DNA of 63,375 nt, filler included, from Choristocarpus tenellus KU-1152 (taxonomy: Eukaryota; Protista; Phaeophyceae), in assembly GCA_964200185.2 (NCBI GenBank). It is 11 parts of 11 records of this genome, joined end to end, with 100 filler letters (N's around TTAATTAATTAA, not from the genome) between each part and the next. Parts side by side here need not be neighbours in the genome. Positions count along the whole stretch, not along the records: positions 11,253 to 14,153 come from CAXNAD020023790.1; positions 14,254 to 18,962 come from CAXNAD020013381.1; positions 19,063 to 23,540 come from CAXNAD020014375.1; positions 23,641 to 27,551 come from CAXNAD020017203.1; 7 more parts are not named here. The stretch is one strand, 5' to 3'. The number at the start of each line of letters is the position of its first letter. Positions within the stretch are counted from its first letter, which is position 1. Below are positions 11,625-23,899 of the stretch, one piece after another. Position numbers and translations under genes: made by a program. The notes under the pieces were generated by a model, which saw only the letters and a list, made by a program, of their open reading frames with translations, had not been told where the DNA came from and did no database searches.

Positions 11625-14153
11625 TCTGACCATCTGTTGGTATCATGGGAGCAAAGTGATAACAGTTATTCCCTCACCTCGGTTTTTAATACAAGAGTCC
11701 CAAGATCACAAGCACTACAAACTGTTGGTGCTGCTCTTCAAAAAGCTTTCCTGAGGTGCTAATACATCAATGAGAGTATTATCAGACTCCTTCCCAGTAC
11801 TTGATTTCTTAGCATATATATATATATATATATCCCGATGGTCCAAGTATGCTTCTTCTGCTCACAAATTGAAGGCTTCACGATGCAGCATTAAACACCC
11901 CTCTTTTGCAGCCAGAAACAATGCACGACACACTAACTTAAGTATCCTTCTGTACACTCATTTTGTACCACCAATGTAGCACAACTATGTACTACAACTC
12001 TACTACTATGTATAGTTCATATTATTATATAACATAGAGTAACAGAGTGTTATCTGACATCCATCCACACTCAAGAAGGCGCTCCAGATTTGAAAAACTG
12101 GTGGGATAATTGTGCCAGCTCTAACTCTCTCTGCCATATTATGGTAAGTGTGCGTCACTTGATTCAATTCGCATTATGAGTTGCTAGATCGGGCAGCAGC
12201 AGAAGGCCCGTTTGCTCTAGTGCCAATTGGATTGATCCCTCTTCAAACTCAACCAATCACATCACACCAATGATACACAAGAAAAAAAACTGGAGTTGAC
12301 CTCCGATTGTAAACACACACACACACACTACTAAGTATATTGGTTATGTGGTCATGCCCCTTTAATGATTTACTTACAAGAATCCCATAGCTCACGGTGG
12401 ATGGCCAGGTGTGTTGTGTTGATACATCTTTTAAGGGTTTCCTTGCTTGAGCAGGCGCCATCGGTCCACCCTTTGGTGTTACTTACAATAGTTACTATCT
12501 AGCTATCTTAATAATTGATGTTTTTCTTCATTGACAGAGTGCAATGATACCAGTTTCCAAGGCAGGGCAGAAGCATACTCTTGATATGTGATGGACACTA
12601 CACACAATATGTGCTTCAAAAAGCTCCCCTGTGACGTCATTTGATAGCACGTTCCTGAGAGATGCTACAACAAATGCCACAACAAAAAATAGCATCGAGC
12701 TAGGTTGCAATTCCAACAAAAGAACCGCCAGAAGATGAACCAAACAACGAAGTAGTGGAAGCACTCTGAAACAAGTACAAAATCTGTACAATGAGTAAAA
12801 TTTCAAAATACATAACCCACCAATCACAGGGAACACAAAAACCCCCCCGTTCATTAGTGGAAAAAACATCTGCCTCCATTAGGGTGGGTGCTGTGGGAGG
12901 GTTGGGGTGGGCAGGGGGGGGAAGGAGAGAAGCAGGGTTTGGAACGTCCATTGTACGCTTCCATGACACCCTTCTATTTACATCAAGTTGAAGGACTAGA
13001 GGTATCTACATAAAGGAGAAAAAAGCCTGAACCAGGTGTATATGCAAAGGGTCAAACTCTAGATAGAATCAATGATTGACCACGTGGACAGTCACACTGA
13101 CATTCACCAACCACCGTCCCTCAGAACTATGACATCCAATGACACTGGCGATGGAGTGATCCACTGCTTGAAACGGAACAAATATTCAGTGCGTCTTCAA
13201 AATGTTGTCCCCTCCAACAGGATTTCAAACGAAATCGAACTGTCCTCTTATTACTGTTGTCTTCTGTCCCCACGTGTGCACTAAACACTATGTGGAGCTG
13301 TCGTTGAGAGCAACACATGTAACGGCATTGGTGTGTTCCAGGTAGTTCCGGATAACAGTCCCAGAACTAATCTGAGAAACAAGGTGGACACACACATGTA
13401 TTCAGTATATACGCAATAATAAATACATACAAGGAGAGTATTGTTAGGTTAGAATGGTCGAATGGTTGGCGAGGTACTGTTACAGGGGGAAGAATATCCG
13501 TGGACACCTGTAGTTGACCATAGAGCCAGGGAGGCAATGTAGCTACTACATTAGGCATTGATGGTTGACTCAGTACCTATCAACGCATTAGGGGATGGTC
13601 AGGCTAGAAGTTAACCTCCCGTGGGACAGAGTTAGGGCTTAGCATTGCAACTGCCCAATCAGAAATGGCAATGAAGCGACCCAATAACAACCGAAAGAGT
13701 GTTTCCGATGGATCTTTCGTGCTTTGCGATTTCACCCATGAGTCAGGAGAAGCAGCATATATCACACTCTAGCCCAACAGGATGACCTCATCCTGCTACC
13801 TTCCTTACTCACCTCAACCAAGTTAACATTAGCAATGTTACAACTTTCAACAGTTATTATTTTTTCTTATTATTACCAATTTGTGTAACCCACTTTTGGC
13901 AGTAGGACCAAGGGTCAAGCGTAGAAGGAATTTGTAAAGAACCGTCTTTTTAGTCTTCTATTAAAAAAAATTCTGTAAGAACAGAAGATAGATAAAGGGT
14001 AAAGGAACGATAATATGGAAAGAGTTCAGGAATAGTAAGCAATCTGTGATTAACGGTTACTGATCCACAGAATAGGATTGATTTGGTGACAAGGAACCGC
14101 CCCCCACCCCGCCAACCCACCCCCATCCCCCGCCCTCCCATTGCACATACACG

Positions 14154-14253
14154 NNNNNNNNNNNNNNNNNNNNNNNNNNNNNNNNNNNNNNNNNNNNTTA
14201 ATTAATTAANNNNNNNNNNNNNNNNNNNNNNNNNNNNNNNNNNNNNNNNNNNN
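14154..14253. other. Artificial contig linker
   Basis: 44N-TTAATTAATTAA-44N. Confidence 0.98.
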
Positions 14254-14320
14254 CTGTGGAAAGCCAAGCCCCAAGTGGACTAACAGGGCAAAACTCGTAC
14301 CCTCTAAGATACTTTCACTC
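14254..14320 (+). mobile_element. MITE family B, terminal fragment at contig start
   Basis: AACAGGGCAAAACTCGTACCCTCTAAGATACTTTCACTC, the same end as in 26853-27112 and 56882-57139. Confidence 0.8.
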
Positions 14321-15297
14321 GGAAGTATTATAGTAACAATAGCAGTATCCTACTCAGGAACAGCAATCATTCTTGGGGTCCCTAAAAACTCATGCATTGA
14401 GAAAGTGCTCACAGAGTGCTTCCACCCACCCAGAAAAATGATCCCTTCACAACGTACAAAGCCTCACTCTCCTTCCCCAAATAATTATGATGGTAACAAT
14501 TGTATGTACCACTATACCCAAACACAAGAAACCCGAAACGAGGCTGAGGCAGGTCCAGCACAGCATCCAAGGGAAGAGACAGAGAGATGAGCAGTCGGAA
14601 AGCTGAACCCAGCACATAAGAACCAAGCTATGGAAGGAGACAATTCAATTAGTCGCGGCGCAACAGTTGATTCAGGGCAATATCAATGGCCATCAAGTCC
14701 TTCAGATGCAACAGGGCAAGGACATTCTTTTGGAAAGCCGATCAGCAAAATTTCCAGCACAAAGCTCACACCTCGATGTGCTCACATCACTCTGTGGCGC
14801 TCTGTCTGGGCTTCGTTTTAAGTCACACCACACCCAGTTCAGTGCAGAACAGGGCGAAAAGGTTCAAAGCAAGGTTTTCTTGAAATTGTCTAACCATACG
14901 TTTATTCATGTCCATCCTCCATTATATCTGGCACATATTATTGTTGTGGAGGGCAACATTTCCAGCTTAAAACAAGGTTGAGGCGAAAAAGAACGCAAGT
15001 TTCGTCGTCCATCCACTAAGCTTCACATCGCTCCTATTTGTGTAATGCAGTTAAAGGAGGGTGCAAAACACGAATTTGGAAACGTGCCACAAAAACGAAC
15101 ATTTTCCGCACATGTCCCTCGTATGAACGAACTTCAGTGTGCAAAATCGCTCAATCACCACTGTGCAGTTCAAACTAAATCCAACCTATACTTCGGAGTG
15201 GGGCGGTATACTCCTAAAGTGTACAAGAACCTGGTTTGGTCTACACTCATCCTGTGAGAAGAAGGGAGGAATGACTGTGAATGTTCGTTCATCCCCT

Positions 15298-15471
15298 GGC
15301 TCAAAGTATCTGGGGGGGGTGGCCGCTGTCCATTTAGGGTCAATTCTTTCATGTCGCCATTTTTGTGTGATTTGGTTGCATACGTCGGTGAATAATGTTA
15401 GTGCACTTTCCCGGTTATGGTCCAAATGAATACCCTGGTGTAGACCCTCCCCCCCCCAGATACTTTGGGTC
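15298..15471 (-). mobile_element. MITE family A, full copy
   Basis: GGCTCAAAGTATCTGGGGGGG...AGATACTTTGGGTC with a CCT duplication. Confidence 0.88.
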
Positions 15472-16114
15472 CCTTCTCGTACAAAAACAAAGAATTGACA
15501 AAAACAAAAATCGAATGAAGGTAATGGACAAAACGTCATATTTTGCGACTATCCTGTATCCATCTATGTACCTGCTTCTTGATGCCGCGTGCTTCCAAGC
15601 TATCCCATCTGTTCAATCAACGACCATTTCTTGAGGAATCGAAGTGAAATCTTTTCACTTGAAATTGGTCTCGATGGTAGCGACAGGTTGGGTGATGTTA
15701 TTCAATCCAAAATATATTCAAAGAAGGGAGAAACGATTCTAATGATAAGAGATAATTGCTTCTTCAACATTGTTTCATTAATAAGTACACAAACCAAAGA
15801 TCAAGGAACAAAGAACATCTATGCTGAATTTCTGGTCACCTTCATCATCAAAGGAGGAGGTTTCTCCTTCACCCACATTTCTTTCCGATTTAAACACCAG
15901 TCAACACCTTTATGAAAGAAATTCCAAAGTCATGACCTTCCATGATGTTGGAGGAATATTTCACAGTCAATATCTCAACTTACCCATTATTTCAGTTCTG
16001 CCTGTCACCATGTCAGATGGGGGTTGGGGAAGTGCAGTGGGTAATGTACTTGACCACCCAAGCGAAGGTGACAACAAAGAAGTGAATGTGGAAGAAAGCA
16101 ATGCCGGGGATCCA

Positions 16115-16385
16115 AACCAATTAATTGAGAGGTAGGCAGTTTTGGACACTTTTGTATTCCGAGTAATCTTTCTCACCCAATGCAATACACTCATTTCATT
16201 GCCTTTTAATGTGCACAATAATAGTATATACAAAATCGATATTTCCTCTCTCCACCCAAACACAAAGTGACACCACAATTCAGCGAAGACTCTTTCAACA
16301 ATTGTACAAAACGACACCTTTTATTTACCCTTTCTCAGAATCCTTAAAATACAATCCTGCTGCCTACTTTGCAGTTGGTTTGATT
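16115..16385 (+). repeat. Dispersed repeat (second copy at ~46255-46510)
   Basis: Shared blocks AAAATCGATATT...ACAAAGT.ACAC..CAATTCAGCGAAG.CTCTTT...CAATTGTACAAAA...TACCCTTTCTCA..ATCCTTAAAAT in two unlinked contigs. Confidence 0.75.
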
Positions 16386-17492
16386 CCTAGGACACCAGCA
16401 AGTCAACATTTACGTTGCTTACACACATTAGTTGAGAAGTCCATAGTATCCTAGAGGGGAGGAGGGGTGTTTAGCCTAAATAGTCCATTCGGGACTTGAT
16501 TGGTTGTTGTAAGATACCCCAGTCTGATGCCCGTTTTGAGGACAATTTTCCTTCGGATTTGATTTGGGCAGGGGGATAGAAAAGGAAGGTGCGTGTAGAT
16601 GAAGGAAATGGCCCTTAAATCTGAATTGTTCACTCATACGATTACAGGGTGATACAAGCCCCGAATGGGCGCCTGACCTCCCTCTAGGATACTACGGTCC
16701 AGAGGTTGTACTTTTAGCGCGCTCCCCAGACTATCATATAAATGTAGGTGAGGAGTTGGTACAGGAAGAACCTACCACATAGTAGATGGCACATTCTCAC
16801 CAAAGATGTCAGCTGACGGCTACTTTGACCCTTAACTGCCCGCTAGTGAACTTTGCCTTCTCTGCCGTTCTTGGTGTACACTATTTTGCATATGAAGTAA
16901 TGAAAAATAATATATTGCACAGGGAAAGAACGACTTTAATTCGTAAGGTTTTAAAACTACCTACCTCTTGGTTTAGCACTTATCCACTCCCTTTACCATA
17001 TATATGTTTATATATAGAACCAACACATAATAGATGTGCATATGAATATTGATACTCTAGAAATCCAACCAGAAGAGTGAACACTAGGTTTCAATTATTT
17101 GTGGTTTGAACTCATGGAGTAGATTAAAAATTTGCGATTCAGAACTTGGAATATATGCAATTCCAATAATGTTCTTAGAAAGTTTTTCAGTGTTGTTTTA
17201 CCCTACAAATATTGGACATGCGTTCATGTATTGCTATTTTAAAGATGTTTTCATTCATGATCAAAAGGATCGTGATTTAATTTTGGATTGGATGATTATG
17301 GTTGATTATTGTATGAATTCACTGACCTCATTGATTTGGGAACAGTAACACACATACTGGTTAGTATAAATTCCGATTTCCTAACAATAAATACTACATA
17401 ATGTACACTCTACTAAACTTGCACCCCTTCATCATCCATCCTCTCCCATCTCGATCCTGCGTATTGTTAGTGGAGGCCAAACTTGGCTTCTT

Positions 17493-18803
17493 ATGGCCGC
17501 AACTATCATCATAGTTGTCCTTACCAGCCTGGCAGCGCAGGTGTGCCCAAAGATGAAAGGATATATCCTCAGTGATGTGGATCCCGCCACTTCCATCTTT
17601 CTGTCGTGACTTCGTCTTTACATGATCTCTCTGTACTTTGTCAGGTCCATGCAGGGTATGGAGGAACCTTGATTTGGTCTGATGAGTTTGACGGGAATTC
17701 CCTTGACAAGTGAGTTTCGATCAGTATCAGCATTTGATTGGGTGAGGGTACTGAATGGTGATAGATAGTGCAAGCACTGTATCAAACCATTGTGTGTGTG
17801 TGTGTTGCTCTGAAAGGGGGTAGAGAGGAGGAACGAGAACGAGAGTCGCTGAGGCAGAAGCATGGGGTATGGTGCTTCTAATATTTAAAGAGGTATTGAT
17901 ACCGCGGAGTTGAGTCGATTCCGTAGCATTTACTATGTGGGCCCCCTAACATATCTTCACCCATTCGACTGTCCAACTACCGTTCTTGCTGCTCAACCTT
18001 TCTTAGCAAGTACTTTTAACGCACAGTTTCAAATATATACAGCAAGTAATTGGCATGGACCATGATTGCGCCAAAAGAAATACCTTGCAATTAGCAGTCA
18101 TTTTGTACGGCGGGAGTAACAGATGGTGAAAAAGTGAGGGGTGTGGTGTGTAAACGAAGAGATGTCCAGAAGAGCAACGATAACCTTTTCGATTATGTTA
18201 GTGCTGTATGGTTGAACGGTATAGCTAACCTTACTAATTATATCATGGTGTGAAAGGAGACAAATAACTCAGTTGACGCCTCTTGCGATGCTTTGGTGTC
18301 GGTCCTTCATTCCTCACTTACTATCGTTCGCTACCTTTGTCTCATTCTGTGGAAAAGTCAAGACAGCAAGTCAGGTGTACATTTCTTTTTCGCGTGCCGC
18401 TCCTGCTTTACATATATTGACGCGCAATTTGACCAACCCATGGTGGGCGGAAGACGGTCGTACTCGAACAGCATCGGGCAAATTTTTTTGATGACAACCT
18501 ATACCGGATTGTGATTATGCAATCACAGCTCCTGTTTTTGATATCTTACTTCGTTTTTCTCTCGTTTTATTCCTGTGTGCACGCGTGGTGTGTGCGGAAT
18601 CGTGGAAAATTCTGGCATCACTGGGGGGCATGGCAGGACCAAATGGAGCCATTCTCTCGGGAATGGCTGCCCATACAATTGCTTCTGGGGCAATAACGAG
18701 CTGCAGTCCTACACCAATCAAAAGAGGAATGTAAAGGTCAAAAGGGGAAATTTAAAACTAAGGGCAGAAAAAAGATCAACTGGTGGTATGGAGTATGCCT
18801 CAG
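17493..18803 (+). CDS. Secreted glycoside hydrolase family 16 (laminarinase/beta-1,3-glucanase-like), 5' part
   Basis: Exons 17493-17540 (MAATIIIVVLTSLAAQ), 17645-17709 (VHAGYGGTLIWSDEFDGNSLD) and 18637-18803 (KTKWSHSLGNGCPYNCFWGNNELQSYTNQKRNVKVKRGNLKLRAEK...YASG) splice in phase. WSDEFDG and WGNNELQxYT are GH16 laminarinase motifs. The catalytic ExDxxE is not reached before the contig end. Confidence 0.88.
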
Positions 18804-18891
18804 GTGACAGGGAAGCACGTGCTTGTTTAATTGTTGCACGGAATATACATAGCTTTTTCTCTCCGCTATTAGGATTACTATCCTCATCCCT

Positions 18892-18962
18892 GGCTCAAAG
18901 TATGTGAGGGGGGGGGTGGCGGCTGTCCATTTGGGATCAATTTTTTCATGTCGCAATTTTTG
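18892..18962 (-). mobile_element. MITE family A, partial at contig end
   Basis: GGCTCAAAGTATGTGAGGGGGGGGTGGCGGCTGTCCATTTGGGATCAATT. Confidence 0.8.
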
Positions 18963-19062
18963 NNNNNNNNNNNNNNNNNNNNNNNNNNNNNNNNNNNNNN
19001 NNNNNNTTAATTAATTAANNNNNNNNNNNNNNNNNNNNNNNNNNNNNNNNNNNNNNNNNNNN
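18963..19062. other. Artificial contig linker
   Basis: 44N-TTAATTAATTAA-44N. Confidence 0.98.
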
Positions 19063-19083
19063 CCCCCCAAGATACTTTGACCC

Positions 19084-19900
19084 TTCGGGACGCACAAATG
19101 AAACAATTTTCTCTTTACTTTGCGTATTTAGAAACCCCTGATTCAGCGTCCTTACCTCCCCGGGAATCGAGGTATAGCATGTCATATTTTTATGTTGATG
19201 CTGGCACTAACTTGCTTCACCGATCATATTTTCCAGGGCATATACACAAACATCGTGCTTTTCGTGGTCAATTAATAGTTCCAAAAGAATTACAATCTTT
19301 GGCCTTGCATGCTTGCCATGATCATCCCGCTTCGGGGGGTCATTTTGGTCTTTCTCATACTCTGGATAAGGTACGAGACCGATATTGGTGGCCTATGTTT
19401 CAAAAAGATGTTAGAGAGTGATGTGAAAGATGTCAACTTTGCCAACGACGAAAACCTCTCACAGGCGTCCTACGTTACCTCAAGGACAAATTCCTGCCAC
19501 TCGACCATTTGAACGGATTGCTGTTGATCTGGTACAGTATAAAACCATTTCCCGTGGTTGCCGTTATGTTCTTTCGGCTATTTGTCAGTTGACACGCTTT
19601 GCTTTTCTCATTCCCATTCAAGACAAACAAGAAGTGACCATTGCCAAAGTTTTTTTGAAAGGATATTTTCAATATTTGGGGCACCCGAAATCCTTCACTC
19701 TGACCAAGGTTCGGAATTTGAAAATAAACTTGTTCTGGAATTGCAGACAGTGTTTGGGTACCAGAAAACTCGAACCACACCCTACAGACCTCAGGGTAAC
19801 TCTGTCTTAGAGCGTGTTCATTCTACTTTGCATCAAGTGTTATCCATGTACAGTAACATTGCAGAGAATAATTGGGCGACTGTTGTTCCATTTCTTCAAT
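19084..19900 (+). mobile_element. Ty3/gypsy integrase pseudogene fragment
   Basis: HHCC zinc-binding region HDHPASGGHFG...RYWWP.FQKDVRE*CERCQLCQ; core RPFERIAVDL, FGAPEILHSDQGSEFEN, TTPYRPQGNSVLERVH. It has a stop and frameshifts. It is bounded by a family A end (19063-19083) and the palindromic MITE. Confidence 0.92.
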
Positions 19901-19902
19901 TA

Positions 19903-20103
19903 ACAGCCGATTTCAAAAATTGAGGATGGCTCTTTTCATTGAGGATGGGCTTGACCCAAAATTGTCTGGGATAAAGTGTCGATATGTGTTTTTTTTATTG
20001 TGACTTAAAAAAACCCAAACACATCGACACTTTATCCCAGTCAATTTTGGGTCAAGCCCATCCTCAATGAAAAGCTCCATCCTCAATTATTGAAATCGGC
20101 TGT
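19903..20103. mobile_element. Almost fully palindromic 201-bp MITE with TA flanks (Tc1/mariner-type)
   Basis: Arms of ~90 bp (ACAGCCGATTTCAA...GGGATAAAGTGTCGAT and its reverse complement) are flanked by TA at 19901-02 and 20104-05. Confidence 0.88.
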
Positions 20104-20977
20104 TATTTGTTGTGCAGTAAGGATTTGGTTCTGTTTTAAATTTCCTCAACTGACATTGGGATGCGGGCCAAAACCAGTGAAACTCGGTCTCACACTCTGA
20201 GGTAGAAGAACTAAGTCTGGTGATTGTGATTGCCCCCTTTTATAGAGAACTTCGGTGCCTTTACACTTCCAAATTTTGTACAGTGTAAGTATGGGCGATG
20301 CTCATTCCATACGACCTACACGTAGGCTACTTTGCGGGTTCGATTATGACTACATACCGCAGTTAAGTGTAGCGATTATTCCAAGGTTGAACTCTATGTA
20401 AAGAATTTGGAGGAGTGACAGGAGGAGGACGGGCACAACAAACACCAGTTGAAGAGTGGGTTGAGGAATGAAACATGTTTCATGAAGGACCCTCATCCCA
20501 AGCGAGACGTATGTCAAGTCAATAGGGAAATGATATCAATCGGGTTTATCATCGGGTTTTTTGGGGGGGGAAATACTGTTTAAATATATCAGTGGTTGTG
20601 TGAGGGTTCAGCATACGATTGAGAAGAAGTGTGAGTGCGATGATCTTGTCTGTGCAGCTGTTTTGGCTTTAGTGTGTGTGTGTGTTTGCGTACGCATGTA
20701 TGTATCACAATATGTGCACCATGTCTGTGCCTGTGTATGTTAATGTACTTGTCTGTGAAATTGTCCAAAAACGTGCATGTGTGTCATTGTGTGTTAGATC
20801 ATGTTTATTGTGAGTGTGTCAATAAATATGATGGTATTTGTGTGTCTGATATACAAAGAGTGTTGAAGATACGCAAATAGTGTTCCTGTGCGTAGCAAGA
20901 TGTTTTTTGTTTCTATTTTGCAGTTAGTGTGGATAAGTGTGTGTGTATACATCGCTATATGTGTCTTGATGTGCTAC

Positions 20978-21494
20978 AGACACAAAGCATTAAAGAGGGT
21001 AGGGCTGTGTCTGTTCGGGATCATAAATCCAATGTTGCGATTTGAATGAATTTTGGCTATCGTCTTTGTTAGGAAGTGTTAATATCCTTGCTCCGGGCAC
21101 ACCTTTTGTTATTCGTATACATTTTAGGTAACTGTGCTCACATAGAAAACCGAACAAGGGCTAAGAAACACGTGGGAAGCCAAGCCTCGAAAGGATAATA
21201 AGCAGGGCAAAACTCCTACCCTCTTAAGCGACAAAACATTGAAGAGGTTAGGACCACGTCTGTTCGGGGTCATTAATCCAATGTTGCGATTTTGATGAAT
21301 TTTGGCTATCATGTTTGTTAACCAGTGTTAATATCCTTGCTCTGGACACACCTTTGACATTTCTATACATTTTACCTACTACGAAATCCGAAATGTTCAC
21401 ACAGTAAACCGAAAATGGGCATAAAAATCCCGAGGGAAGCCAAGCCCCGAACGGAACAGGGCAAAACTCCTACCCTCTCAAATGCTTTCACTCC
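20978..21494 (+). mobile_element. Head-to-tail dimer of diverged MITE family B copies
   Basis: Two consecutive units each contain CCAATGTTGCGATTT...TTTTGGCTATC...GTGTTAATATCCTTGCTC...CAGGGCAAAACTCCTACCCTCT. The dimer ends ATGCTTTCACTC. Confidence 0.78.
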
Positions 21495-21783
21495 CTGACT
21501 GCTTAAGAATCTGCCAATATTTCTTATTCTTACCAAAAAAATTAAATCAACAAGCAGACAACACCCAAGATTCACAAGAGCCTTAACTTCGGCAGTGTCA
21601 ATGCATATATCTGTAAGAGATTCCAACTGATCCTGAACCACAGCTAACTGAATGTCCTTAGATAATCTGTACTCATGGAAGCAAAAAATATACAACTTGT
21701 ATGTATGGTATTTCTAGTGTACAAAGGGCCTTGTGCACTGCAACCCCCTTCCCCACTATGGAACATCCGCTATATTTCATTCT

Positions 21784-22431
21784 CTAGAACCTAACAGCCG
21801 CCTTGATTGCGTCCAGCACCTTGACCTGATCTGGGATATAGAGTCGCTCAAGGGCAAGTGGGCAGGGTGTGTCATACCCGCACACTCGATGCACAGGCGC
21901 CTCAAGATGAACAAAACAGCGCTCCTGCTTGGGTATTGATAACATAGGGCAGGGGTGACATACCATGAATATTCTAAGGTTTTGGTGAATGAGTGTTGCT
22001 ACATTGTTTGTTATGCTGAGTTGGTCCTTGCACTCCAACATTACAGGGCATACTTTTACAATATCCTCTCTTCCTGGACATACCCACCTATAGGCACAAC
22101 CCCCTCCCCTCTTCCGTGAGGTGATAGTAATGGTAATAATGTTAAGGTTGCAGGGAAAACTCTTCCTATTACCCAATTGATATGCATGCTATTTATTGGT
22201 CAACATATGTTGCCTTTTGCACACGTTCCCTAACCCTTACTGAGCTTTTTTACCTTCTAACAAAATAACGAAAAAAAATATAATCCCGTTTCGGTTGCTT
22301 GACACACCTGTATGTCTGCTGCTATTTCTGCTGCAAAACCTCCTGTCCTGGGGGCCTCATGGGAGATCAACAGACGCCCTGTTTTCTTGACTGAGGCGGT
22401 CACTGCTTCAAAATCCCAGGGAAGAATGGTC
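21784..22431 (-). CDS. BCKDHB: Branched-chain 2-oxoacid dehydrogenase E1 beta subunit, last two exons
   Basis: Exons 22308-22431 ([41 protein letters not shown]) and 21784-21924 ([46 protein letters not shown]) with GT-AG junctions. These are diagnostic BCKDH-beta C-terminal motifs. Confidence 0.93.
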
Positions 22432-23322
22432 CTGAGAGTATAAACATATTTGGTTGGCATTTGTTTCGATGTTACGCCCCAAGTGGCCTGGTCTGTAGGT
22501 CGAGATAGTCACACGAGGATAATTCATACTATTATCGGTCTTGAACAGAAATAAATGTGAACAAGATGATTTTTGAGAGACCAGAGCACACGTAAGGAAA
22601 AGGCAATATTTCCATCAGTTGCACAGGTTATAAAGGAATAGTGTGTTGCATTTAAAAGTCAACCGGAAGTAATTTCCCTCAATATCAACTCTATTATTGA
22701 TATGTGAGACAATGTAAACAAGAGGTAACCAGGTTTTGGTTGTTTGCCATTTTAATTCTGTTATTAAATCCCTTGCAGTTCACCCGCATTCTCATGGATA
22801 AAGATATTGATTTGAGAGCATTTGCTTCTCTATTTTTGAGAATTCTACGACATAATTCAGAAAATGCCCTCGATTTATTTGTACAAAATGTCAAAATTTA
22901 CACTTATTTGTCAGCATCCTTAAAATTCAAATTCTGGGTAACCTCTAGTTTACTTTGACTCAGGTTGCACCCACGGTCTGAGTGGAGGTAGTCAGTGCTT
23001 TTTGCCATTGACTACTTTTTTATGCTGTGTATTGCCTGAACAGAGATGGTGCAGTCACATTTTCAGTACGGTGTTGTATAAAATCCAGTTGTCCTTCTGC
23101 ACACCCTGTTCCCCCCCCTCCTGCTTATGGACACAACTGTAGCTGAGTTCCGTGTTGGTTCTACTGCTCGCTGTGGACATTAGTTGACTCTCTCTTTATT
23201 TATATAGCACAAGGAAAAACACTACAGCGGTAGATATAAGGCATGCTGTTCTTCATGGATGTACAGAATGCAAATATGCTCCACTTCAGTGTTCGGTTTG
23301 AAGTACTCGCTAACTTCAAGTA

Positions 23323-23540
23323 CCGCCTCCGTGCCATAGGTCTGTGCCGTGTTGTCCATAACGTTTGAAGATGTTGATGAAATTCATTTCTGAAAAAAGG
23401 ATTTGGAATCCTTGATGAATTTCTGGTTAGCGCCAACTCTTTTTATTATTATTACTCCCCATTCATCACAATTTATCAGCCACAGAAAAAGCCTCCATGT
23501 CTACCTTCGGTGTGTTTTCAAGCTCACCAGACAACTGCCT
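23323..23540 (-). mobile_element. 3' end of DD39D mariner family element (Stowaway-type terminus)
   Basis: Reverse-complement match to 39860-40075. The terminus is TA|CCGCCTCCGTGCCATA. Confidence 0.8.
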
Positions 23541-23640
23541 NNNNNNNNNNNNNNNNNNNNNNNNNNNNNNNNNNNNNNNNNNNNTTAATTAATTAANNNN
23601 NNNNNNNNNNNNNNNNNNNNNNNNNNNNNNNNNNNNNNNN
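23541..23640. other. Artificial contig linker
   Basis: 44N-TTAATTAATTAA-44N. Confidence 0.98.
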
Positions 23641-23899
23641 ACACACCATCCAGCCATCCAACCTCCCCCCTCCCACCTCCCACCTCCTTCGCCTCTTCCT
23701 CAACACACACTCCACCCAGGAATCCCTTCCTCTTGCTTCCTCCGAAAAAAAAAAAAAAAGGGGCAAGGAAATATCACGTTCTCGTCCAGTGGCCCCAATA
23801 ATGCTCTGTGGCCATTGTTATCAGGGCTCCAGGGCCTCTCGAGAACTCGAGTCGAGGTGGGAACACGATGAACCCTAACCCTAATTACTACAACAGTAC

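Noticed and set aside
22988-23022. Hairpin followed by a T-run resembling a rho-independent terminator
   Set aside because: The context is a eukaryotic intron with no bacterial gene nearby, and such a short stem can occur by chance.
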